64,000 nucleotides of DNA, taken from contig JBHGNT010000011.1 of the NCBI GenBank assembly GCA_043228905.1, positions 20,956,001-21,020,000 on the forward strand. The letters run 5' to 3'. Below, piece after piece: positions 38,458 through 49,554 of this stretch; position 1 is the stretch's first letter, and the number at the start of each line of letters is the position of its first letter. The stretch comes from Azolla caroliniana (lineage: Eukaryota > Plantae > Polypodiophyta). Position numbers and translations under genes: made by a program. The notes beneath the pieces are model-generated. The model was given only the letters and a program-made list of their open reading frames with translations. It had not been told where the DNA came from and searched no databases.

Positions 38458-40902
38458 ATGGTGGCTTCCAATGCATATCTGAGTCACCAAAGGACATGTA
38501 AGTCTAGCCATGCTATAATGACAATGCCAACAATCACACTTCTAGGAACCTTGTACTAGATGATGATGATGATTGACACAATGATCACCCTTACCCTCAT
38601 GTATAGGGTCTCCATGCCTCCACAGATACATGTGGGTACAAATGAAGCATCCACTTGTCATGATGTTGCCAAGGATGATATGTTACACAACATCCATCCC
38701 CGCATGAAATTCCTCTCGGTCAATTAGCAACAACCCCATGAGAGGAGCATTCTTCTAGAAAATGAACCTCACCAACCCAATTCAAATTATGCCAACTAAA
38801 GGAACTGCATGCCGAAACCCTTATATAAGCAAATCTACTACACATTCACATTGAGTCGAATTGTAGACAAGTTGTCTTTTCCCTATCACGAGGGCAAGTT
38901 GGAGTGGATTTCTATATGTAACTAGGATCACATTTACAAGCATGAATGAGCACTTCTCTATGATCTAGGAGGCCAAAGATCAACTCACAAGAGGTTATGC
39001 AACTCTAGTCATGCTAGAACGACAATGCCATCAAGCACACTCCTAGAAAGCCCATACCAAATTGTGGTTAATTCAACATTATGCTCACCATTGCCCTCAT
39101 ACATGGCCTGACCATATGGACTCCAAGCATCCCCCTGTTGACGTGGACACAAATAGAGAATCAAGTAGGTGTGATGTTGTCACAAATGATATGTAACAAA
39201 ACATCCACCACATAAAATCACCCATGGTCAACTGGTGGCAACCCCTATGATGGTAGAAGCATTATTACAAAGAGTGAAACCACATCAGCTAGATTCAAAC
39301 CATAATAGGCCTCTAGTAGACAATAATATATCTTTCTTTCACAATCACCCCAAATTAACTACTATATAGGGTTGGAGGTTACGTGAGGAAGTATAGCCGT
39401 CAATAGATGAAACAAGATTCAGGTGTGAAAAATGATATAATGTCAATACCTTGGCTCCTATGCAACTAGCCTCCTATACTCAACAATGCTCTTAGAAATG
39501 GGATGAGACCCAATGAACCAAAGGTGTTGATGATAGTGCACAAGTACTTGCCACACCCGCCATTCAATCCCAAAACCTTTGGGGATGCTCATCCACAATT
39601 GGAGAGAGGCTAACATTTTCCCATTATTATGGAAGAGTTGGTCATATTTCTCATGGACATCTTGTTCCAGGCTCCAGCTGATTCCAAATAGGAGTCCCGT
39701 AACTAACCAAAAACTCATGTAACATCTAGTAGAGGCTATGTGGCTTCCAACAAGGTTTACAAATATTCTATAACCTTGATGGTGTTGAAGGTTAGGTTTG
39801 TTATCGCCATAGTTCATTATGTTCTGTGCTAATGACCAACCCTCTTCTCATTCAAATTCCAACACAATATTAGAGACAATTAACGATACTAATAGCCAGT
39901 TACAGCGGTCAATTGCTGAAGTGCCAATAGTTTACATGTATCTAAAAAATCACTAAATAGATATGTTGGGCATTTCAATCAGCTGATCATCACATCCACA
40001 TGGGTTGACTAATATCATAATGTCACATTTCGATAGCTCATTCAAGTTCGGAGAAAGGGAAAGAATGAAAGAAAAAAGACTTATTAATGTCCTTTGAGAG
40101 GCCAAAAAAGGCAAATGAGACAATGACAGAGTACATCTTTAAATGTTCTCTCATCTTAGAGAACAAAAAAACCAAAGCACATAAAACAAGATTATTAAAA
40201 CTGTCCTCGGCACTAGATATTCCCATTAGTTAAACATGTAACACTGAATTTAAATGGATTGAAACTTTCACCTTTGAAAGATCTCCAACAGAGATTAAGA
40301 TAAATCACTGCCCCCAAAAGACCACAATGACCTATGGGACGAAAGTTGAAACCATCATAGAATACAACAATATAAAAATGTCAGATTAAACGGACAGTTA
40401 AATAGTAATAATATATGAACAAAACAATGTTATACCCTGTTTGACTCCACGATTGTACTCCTTCCGATTGTTGAGAGAAACTTTACCCGAGGTTTCCTTT
40501 CCCCATACATATAAAAACAGTTGCAAATTTATGATCAATTTAGTAGAAATTTATCTAACTCTGAGAGATTTTGTTCCCTTGAATGAAATATTTCCACTCA
40601 TCAAGTTGAAAAAATATCATCGCCATTTAAAGCGAGAGATGGAACCATTTTTCCCGAGCAATGCTCCTGTCAATACAACTCCTGATTGATTTAGCATTAC
40701 ATTATCCACAGGAGGGTCTAGCGATAATAATCAAAGCTCTTCAGAAACAGAAAAATGAAAAAGAGACAACAAGGCACAAAAGCAACGTAGCTCTTTTTCG
40801 TCTCTCCCAACCTCTTCAGTGACAAAGATTACAAAAGGATTTGTCTTGTTTTCTTGTTGTATCTTTTTTCTTCCGTTGTCTATTCTAAGGTTCGACATTC
40901 AG

Positions 40903-43900
40903 CTATTTATTATCAAGTCGTTGCAAAAACATTTTGCTGGCTTCATAAGTCGACCAACAGATAGCAGCAGCCGGAGTGTGAAATAGTACTCTCGGCTTTA
41001 GGCCCCTCAAAAGGGCTCGCATTCCCTCTTTCTCTACAATTCTCCTTGTTGCATTCACTATTGAACCACTCGTAAATCGCTCAGCACCATTAACTCCCTA
41101 CAATCACAAGGTCAGATATTCTATAAATAATCTAAAACTGATTAAGAAGAGAATATACGTAGCTTAAAACAAAAACAAGATTAAAGCATCAAATTTTCCA
41201 ACCGTCGTCTCCTTTACCAGATGTAAATGAAAAACTAGATAAACTAACAAATTTGAATCGTCCTAATAAGACCACATTTCAATAAAAACTAGCCAAATCA
41301 TAAAATTAGCATCTGTCTAAGAAGCTCATTTTCTAAAAAAAATCCAAAAAAACGATACTACATTAGTATTAAGAAACGCCCTAAGGCTATACATACAAGA
41401 TGTACCTTTCAGTAATGAGCCCCTTTTCTAAATTCTAACTGTCAGCTTAAATATATGCCTCTGTCCCAGGTGGCATGAAACTCCAACCATTTGAGCTTCG
41501 CCTGTTGCATATTACCTTTTATATTATCCAAAGAACCTCTGAGATTACGCACAATCTCTATCCAAATCCCAGAAATTATATTGGGCAGGTCTTGCAGTCA
41601 CATTTTGAAATAGCTTCAAACATCAACCCTTCCAAACATACAACTGTAAAATTCTATTTTTTAAAAGCATATGTTTCCTTTTTATTTATACACCATTCCC
41701 ATTAGCAGAAGTAGCTTCATTTCTTTTGTGTCTGGTCATGTGCTTCATACAACAATAAAAGTGTTTAGATGATCGACAAAATAAGTTTAGTTGTATAAAA
41801 ACAAAACAGAATTTCCTACATTAGGTTGTACTGAGGCTCACTATCCTCAGTGAAGACTTCTAGAGGGTTGTATTTGTTAGAGAGTAAAAGAATTATGAAA
41901 ATTCTAAATCTCTATGGATGATGGCCCCAAAGTCCTGTGGCCATCAGGTATATATTTAAAGATTTTAAAATTTTAAGATGTGCTTCAAAAAACTTGTTAG
42001 AATCAACCAGCATGACCTGAACCCAATGATATGACTATAATACGGTTAACCGTTAATTACATTTACAAGTGCATGTGCTTTGGCAGTCAAATTAATTCTC
42101 TCCCAAAGAAATTCATTGGAGGCATTACAATGGCCTAATCACGAGGTGGATCCTGTGCACATGTTCTGATCACATGATACACCTCTTGATACATGCATAT
42201 TGCTTTCTGCAAAAAGATAAGAACATTTTAATGCTCTTCATGCTCAATTCTTAAAGAAATGGAAAAACATAATTTAGAGCTTGTCAATCTTAAATGATTG
42301 AGGAGCTTCGAGTCATCTGATATAGGTAATGAAATCGGTTCCATGAACCTATACCATGAATAGAATTTATTTACTTCATTCTCTATAGACAACTAATAAA
42401 TCCTGCAAGAACTGGAAGTTTAAATTGGCATGCACAAGTCACATGATCAGCAAAGGAAAATGGCATTTTGAAGCATAGAGTCCCTTTGCCAGCAAAAATT
42501 ATGTGTAAGTAGAGCTTGTGAAGAATGGAATTATGATTATCCAACTTATAAAAATCTATACTAAAGAACAGAGAGATAGGATTTTATTTGCAATTTCCCC
42601 CAACAATTGTAAACTCCTTGCTAGCATATCTGTAACCTTAAAAGCAAACCATCATCCCACTATGATCAGCTTTGTTGTAGGTTTTATGCACCCATTTTAT
42701 TACACCTATATGGTGACATTGAAAACGATTTACATGTTACTTGTTTTAGCATTCATTGTGTTATGTACGCATAACATAGGTGAGATTAGGTCACTAATAT
42801 TTACAAAACATAAGTGAAGGGTATGTTCACTAATGTTAGAAAGGGATTAATGTGATTAGATAGAGGGAATGATAGGTGCACACACTATCATGATCTTGAC
42901 AACCAATGAATGGTGAATTGTTTGGAAAAGCACGTTAATTCAAGGGGCCTCAGAAGAAGTATAAACATGAGGCTTACCACCCTCATAAGACACATTCCAT
43001 TGGAAGGCTGATGTCTTCAATTGTGTTACCTCTTCCAAGGTACTAGTCATCCTAATATCCGTCACTATGGGACGTCCTAATATCCGTCAGTATAGGATGT
43101 CGGTGATAGGTTGGCTATGTCTTGATCATAGCTCGGGGGTGCTCAGGAGGATCGGATTCTTCTATCCAATGTACTCACTTTTTTCTATTTTAATATCTTC
43201 TATTGATTACTAAGATATTATTAACACTCTAGCACTATAGGATTCAATTTTAAATATGAATAGGGCCTCTATGTGAAACTTGTTTCTCTGAAAGTATTCA
43301 ATTGCTTTCTAGCTTTTTTACTCCAAGGGATTTGATTTGCATTTTTTATTGATTCATTTCATTGCTTCATGTAAACACTTTTCTCTCCTTTCCATTAAAA
43401 GTTACAAACACAAACATTCTTAATCTTTACACCACTTGGAATCAGGGTGAGTAGCTTCCTTCCTTATTTTTAACATACACAGTTCTTCCCTAGTTTGTTT
43501 GCACCAACATAAATGAACAATTGAAATGAAAAACATCAAACTATAACGACCATAACCTAATATGTATTGAAAGCATATAGAATATGATGCGTAAAGTGAT
43601 CATAAATTTCTCAGAAAAAATAGTGAATGTTCAAAGTATATACAATACAATATGTAAACTGAAGATGAGATACCTGGCATTGTAATCGTGTCTTCACAAC
43701 ATCCATTGGAGTAGTAACTGCACTGGCAAGGGCCCCTGCAGCACCACCTGCCGTAAGATGAACTACTAAGTTCTCTTCGTCTGTGTTTTCTGGCCACACA
43801 TTTTTCAAGCCCTTTTTTGCCGCTTCATAAGTCGAGAAATGGGTTGCTGTGAATGGCGCATTCATAATCAGGGTTGTCCGATATGATGCGTAGAACGCTC

Positions 43901-44504
43901 TCAACCCTTCTTCTTTAAAAATCCTCCCTACGCAATCAACCACACCCCTATAATGATTACCTGAGAGTTGCAACCTTTGCTTAACAACATCCATCGGGGT
44001 AAGGACAATATCACTAGACATGGTGGCGAAAACACCTGCAGCACCATGAGCTAATGGATGATGACCTTCTGAGTTACCACCGAATTTCTCTTTACATATC
44101 TCATAAACAGCAAAATAAACAGCATGAGAAGGTCCCGCTCCCAGGCCCATAGCTCCAATACCTCTGTATAAACCTATTGGACCTTCCGTTTTCACTATCC
44201 AAGCCAAAGTTCTACTAATTGATGTGTATGAGGAACCTCCAGATTCTGCTACCATTTGCATTCGTGTTTTTAACGTGTCAACAGGAAACATGGCCATATG
44301 TTCTACCATCCCAGCTATGGAACCTGCTATCATGTAGTTTGTGAAGTTGTTTGTTCCTTCTTCATTGCGTTGTTGATGTTGGTGTTGATGATGATGATGA
44401 CGATGATCCGTTATAGATTCAGTACTCCCTCCCTGTGGAAGATGTAGAATCCTTTCTGGAAGCTCTGCTACCACTGCTGCTGCTGCTGCTGCTGTTTCCA
44501 TCAT
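40903..44504 (-). CDS. MIT1: Mitoferrin-like mitochondrial iron carrier (SLC25)
   Basis: Exons 44504-43674 and 41097-40903, GT-AG, phase 0, ~341 aa. Three carrier signatures: PVDTLKTRMQ, PMDVVKQRLQ, PMDVVKTRLQ. Mitoferrin motifs EHMAMFP, GAGPSHAVYF and HTPAAAICWSTYE. Confidence 0.95.
42759..43226. mobile_element. Solo LTR in the mitoferrin intron (same family as 22959-23433)
   Basis: Colinear with 22959-23433, ends tgttatgt...ttaaca. Flanks cattg/ctcta do not match. Confidence 0.8.
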
Positions 44505-44584
44505 GGAAACGCAGAGCAGAGACGGTGATCGACGGGTGAGTGTGAACAGAAAATTCTCAAGATGAAAACCCTAATTTTGATCGC

Positions 44585-45068
44585 AGAGAAAGAAAGAGAG
44601 AGAGAGAGGAGGAGGAGAAGGAAGGAAGGAAGGAAGGAAGGGGCATAATTTATGAATAATGAATGCCGTGGAAGAAGCAGGTAAATATTGTATCTCGTTT
44701 CTTTCTTCTCTTCTCTGTTCTTGTCTCCCTTCTCTTCTCTTCTCTCCTCTCGCGCGCAACCACACACACAGAGACAGAGACAGAGACAGAGACAGAGACA
44801 GAGACAGAAGAGAAGAGAAGAGAAGAGAAGAGATCTCTTCTCGTCTTCCTCTTCTTCGTCTTCGTCTTCGTCTTCTGGGGATGCCTTGAGTGGGTTTGTG
44901 GACAATGCTACTCTGCTTTCTTTCTCTCCATATGCATGTATGCATGTCTTATTATGCTATGTTTATGTATGTTTGTATGCATGTATGCATGTCTTATTAT
45001 GCTATGTTTATGTATGTTTGTATGCATGCATGCATGTATGTATGTATGTATGTATGTATGTATGTATG
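44585..45068. repeat. Compound microsatellite cluster in the mitoferrin 5' region
   Basis: (GA)n, (GGAA)n, (GAGACA)n, (AGAAG)n, (TTCGTC)n, a duplicated ~40-bp unit and (TATG)n. Confidence 0.9.
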
Positions 45069-45097
45069 CTCGTGACTAACTACTACCAAAAATTTAA

Positions 45098-47089
45098 GAG
45101 GGCAAAGTGAGCGAATCGCGGGCGTGGACGGTGCAGGTCACATCGCTGATGGCGCGTTCGATCTCCACCGTCCAATGTGGATAAAAAGCTGCCAATGTTT
45201 GTCACTAGGAGCCCAACTCTGTCACAAGGAGCCTCGTTGTCTGATAACCTCTACCACCAAGAGCCCGACCGACTCAGGGCAGGAGCCCGACTTAGAAACA
45301 AACATCAATAACTCCAAAAAATGGTAAGTGTACAACAAATATTTGCCATGAAAATTATCATAAAATTACTCAAAAAAACCTAAGCTTCCAATTGCTCAAA
45401 ACCTGAAACTTAAAACTCAAAAATCACACAAAGTTATATTTCTAAGCTTCAAATAACAAATCAACTTAAAGATTCAAATAACAAGTCTTACATAAAATAT
45501 TAAAACGTCAAATGTTTGTCTCTTCGACTCGTTCTACCTCTACCTCCACTTCTATTTTTGCATTATGGTCCATATGCATTTGGGTCACGTGATCTATAAA
45601 AGGCAATGAGCCACATAAATGTGGCATATGCCTCTCAATAATCATTCGGATACCGAGTAAATGCTTACATTTACTCGCAAGGTCTTGTCAATCACAATAT
45701 GAGCATTGGAGTGAGACATTATACCATAGAGTGGGAGTCGCCATGCTCAAGATTATAAACCAATATCAGGCCTCGTTCACAATTTGCATTGTGGACGTAT
45801 CGGCAACATACCTTTTCAATTTTCTCTTCGTCTCTTTAAGTCGAGACCTTTGATCCCTACAATTTGCACGGAGTGCAAACTGACCACTCTCACAAATTTC
45901 TTGTCGTTGCTTGTACCACTCTATGATCGTTCCTCCGATGCAAGTGCCAGTTTCACTATCCCTGATTAATACATGCACAAGGTCAGTAATTGATCGGTTT
46001 ATTCTTCCTCTCAAGGCAGTATACTTGATAGATAAAGTACCAATGTCTTTCCACGATATTGGTAGTGTCAAGGTGTCCATAGTTGAACATTCTACCAAAC
46101 TTGGGCCAGAGTTTCCTCCGCACACATGTCAAACCACACCATCCTCCTTCTGTATATTGCCAAACATTGGGCTTGTTTACATATTCTACCTTTAACTCCT
46201 CACACATCGCATTGAATAAAGATTCAGTAATGCATTGCGTCAATTGGCACATTTGTTGATAAAGATGGCTTCTCTCAGTTGCACTTACTTTTGGAAACAA
46301 GTTGTCCACCCATGACTTTTTGGCGAGAAATTGACAAAACAAAAGTCGATAATGTGTTTGCGACCGTTGCCCATTTACAACAATCCAAGATTGACAGTCT
46401 GTTGCAACCACATTAATTATGGCATTATATGATGTCCAACATTTATCAATCACTATCGCATTTGGCGTCATCGTGGGCATCCTTGTGAATATGACTCTCA
46501 AACAAGTTTTTAATACGTCATTTGAGATCTAGACCCTAAATCCTTCCTTTATTTGTTGCCTTAATAAGGTCTCAATACGAGTAAAATAAACACATTGTAG
46601 TAGATATAGAACAATTGATTGTAGAGTTCGTTTTATTTGTGATTACTGCCTTTCTCTTTGCCCTTAGATAATGTCACATGGTAGTGGATTCTAGAACTAT
46701 CAATTGAAAAGGTGATTTCTTCTTGTTCATAGACAAGGTGGAGCATTGTTGCTTTATTTGTTCCAATAACAACTCTATTCAAAAGGATGTAGAAATATTT
46801 TGATGCATTAGAGGTGTGATATATTGATAGGCAAATCATTTTGTTTGTAAATTTTTAAGGGCCTGATTGTTTGAACGTATAAAGGATATATTGATAAGCA
46901 AATGGTTTTGTTTGTAATATTTCAAGGGCCCAATGATTTGAGTCGAGTTATTTGTGACAAAGTCTGGTCAGAGCCGGGTTACTAGCAAGGCACACGCTTT
47001 TTTGGATAATGATTTGATAGTGTAGATCGCACATGCCTTTCGTAATGCGCCTTGCACCGCTCGTGACCGCGATTCCTTCACCAACACTC
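45098..47089 (-). mobile_element. Mutator-like element (MULE) remnant with diverged TIRs and a transposase fragment
   Basis: Inverted similarity between ~45098-45230 and ~46960-47089 (gaatcgcgg..cggtgca..cgatct..aaaaagc). Minus-strand IVIDKCW, CQFLAKKSW, TTNIVERHW and SWIM-like CD*QD...CKHLL at ~45650-45700. Confidence 0.75.
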
Positions 47090-48653
47090 TTTATGATTTT
47101 GTAGCAAATACTCACAAGCGCTTGTATGTATGTGTGTGTGTGTGTGTGCACGTGGAGTGTCCTAGACTTTTGTTCTCACCGAACTTGTTGTTCCTAAAGC
47201 CTTTGTCACTTTCTTGCCTTCCCTCCATGTGTCACGGGTCCTATGATTGTTTCCCCTTCACAAGTATGTTTGCTATCATGTTTCCTTCTTCTAGTGCAAT
47301 GGAGAACCACCCTAGAATTGTTTTTCTTCACCATATAGGTGTTTTATGAGTGAACCAACATGTGTTTGCATGTTACCTTCTTCTAGAGTGGCAAGATTCC
47401 TTGAGTTGTTTATCCTTGCTAATATATTTGTCAATGAGCTACTATGTTGTATTTTGCTCTCATAATGGTGGTGTAGAAGCAAATTGGTATGCATCCTTTA
47501 TGTTTGTGTATGTGTTAACATGTGTCTTGTTTTGGTGTCAAGTCATTCTCATAACAATGGCTTAATAGTGTACCAAATTTACATATTTGTGAACATGTTT
47601 TTGTGTTCCCATGTTGCATTCTCATGGTCTCGAGTGTCCTAGAGTTGTTCTCTTTCTCAAAACGGGTGCTTATGAGTAAGTCATTTCATGTACACACACC
47701 ACGTTCCCATCTTGTCTTCCCCATTATGTCTAGAATTCTAAAGATGTTTTCATTCTCGAAGTAAGTTTTGCTTACTATTAGTCAATTGGTCCAACGAATC
47801 GAAGGATACCCTTAAAATGTTGAGATTAAACCATCATGATAAATATTTCCTATTGATGTCTTCTCATGTTATCGTGGTTCCTGGAAAATTTTTCCTTCAA
47901 AAAGACAAATTTGCTTACTATCGGTCTATTGTTGTAAAGCCTTGGAGGATATTCTTAGAATCTTGAGATCAAACCATTATAATAAATGTTTTCTATTAAT
48001 TTCCAAAGAAAAAATATGTACATTGAAGTCGTATTGGTGTTTGAATATACCAAAAGCTAGAGCTTGGTCCCAGAAGTCCATGATATAGTAAAGAAGGGAT
48101 TTTGAAAAGTGAATAATAACTTTCACTACTATATTGCAAATATACAAAAATTGAGATGTAATCTAAATGTTTTGGATACTCGTCAATCACCCTTGGGGTT
48201 GAGTATATAGGCATGGTATGCATTTCTAGTAGGAAATTGTTTTGTTTTGGGAATAAAGGGCGGGCATGTACACATAATGAAGGAGCGTCAAGACATTTGA
48301 CCATTCATGTTCGAGTGTACAAATCTTAGGTAATGGATGTAATGTATCATCATGTCTCACTTTATTACTTGATAGTGGGTGCATGTATTTCCCTACATCA
48401 ATAATTTCTGAGCAACAATGACTCGTAAGGTCCCATAGGCTACAAACTCGCTTATAGTCTCAACCTTTTTTCACACACAGAATTAATGACAAATTAACTC
48501 GCCATATAACTGATGTTGAAATTTGGGAGTGGAAGATGAGAGAGTACTCAAGAAATTCTGGAATACTTGCAGGTTTGTCTTTTATTTACCATTGCTGGCC
48601 ATATCCGTAAACTGCCCATGTGCCTGTGAGGACATCACCCTTCTTCTCACGGG

Positions 48654-48775
48654 ATAGACCAGGGGCATTTGTGGAAATGCAGAGAAATAGACTCAGGGGC
48701 ATTTTTTGGAAATACGTAGAATTAAATTCAGGGGCATTTATCGAGAGATAAAGAAAACTCAGGGTATTTGGAACT
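48654..48775. repeat. 4 x ~31-35-bp tandem repeat upstream of the NPR-like gene
   Basis: Core caggggcattt at 48660, 48694 and 48729, with variant cagggtattt at 48760. Confidence 0.8.
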
Positions 48776-49554
48776 TGCTCTACCTCTGAAGAAGAAGAAG
48801 AAGAGGGGGAAGAAGTGATATACGATTTCTATAGATATTCATATGACTACTCTGAGCTCTCTACATACAGTCACGATGATTTTACAGAGGCATAATTTAT
48901 GGTGCTTTGCCACACATATTGTGATTTTCTATATACGTACATGATGATTTGGGCAATATATATCTGATCATTACCCACATACAGTTATGGTGATTCTCCA
49001 TATACAGATATGTTTATTTATATAGATTTAGTGAATTTTTTACGTACTTATATGATGATTTGGCCGACATATATCTGATCATTTGCAAACATAGGTTTCC
49101 TGTATTTCTCTACGCATACATATTGGTGATTTGAAACACACAGTGATAGTGATGTACAGATATGAAGATTCTACATATAAGTAGTTTTCTCTTATAAATA
49201 GCATAGCTTTTCACATTCAGATATGGTGGTTTTGTACATACAGAAACTGTAAACTTACAGCTGTAATTGATTTCTCAACTACAGAACATGGTAAAATTTT
49301 TCACATAACAATATGGTGATTTGAAACACACTGTAACAGTGATCTTCTGCTACGTACAAGACCAGTCATTTACAGGTTTGGGTGATTGATCACATACAGA
49401 AGTGGTGATTGTATAGAGATTTGATGATATTTCACATGCCGATATGGTGATTATAATGGAATGATGATAATTTGCTGCATATAATGTGGTGATTTTATAG
49501 AGAGTTGATGATTTTCCACATACAGCTGTTGTGGTGACAGTCACAAATACTGTA

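Larger units (their letters stand above)
33330..39900 (+). mobile_element. Old, heavily decayed RTE LINE split by nested insertions (33330-34526 and 38458-~39900)
   Basis: SWYHEECK, RKQCAYEEA..YHFSMGKDSTAAW, GHTFAKLYG and NLGKTK are colinear with the young RTE ORF. Coding similarity resumes after 38457 and is partly duplicated near 38860. Confidence 0.7.

Noticed and set aside
44501-45110. Several overlapping 60-140 aa ORFs
   Set aside because: They are translations of microsatellites (LCLCLC, RDRDRD, CMYVCMY) with no domain content.
48654-48775. Repeat-spacer pattern reminiscent of a CRISPR array
   Set aside because: The core is only 11 bp, the spacers are related to each other, there are no cas genes, and the context is eukaryotic.
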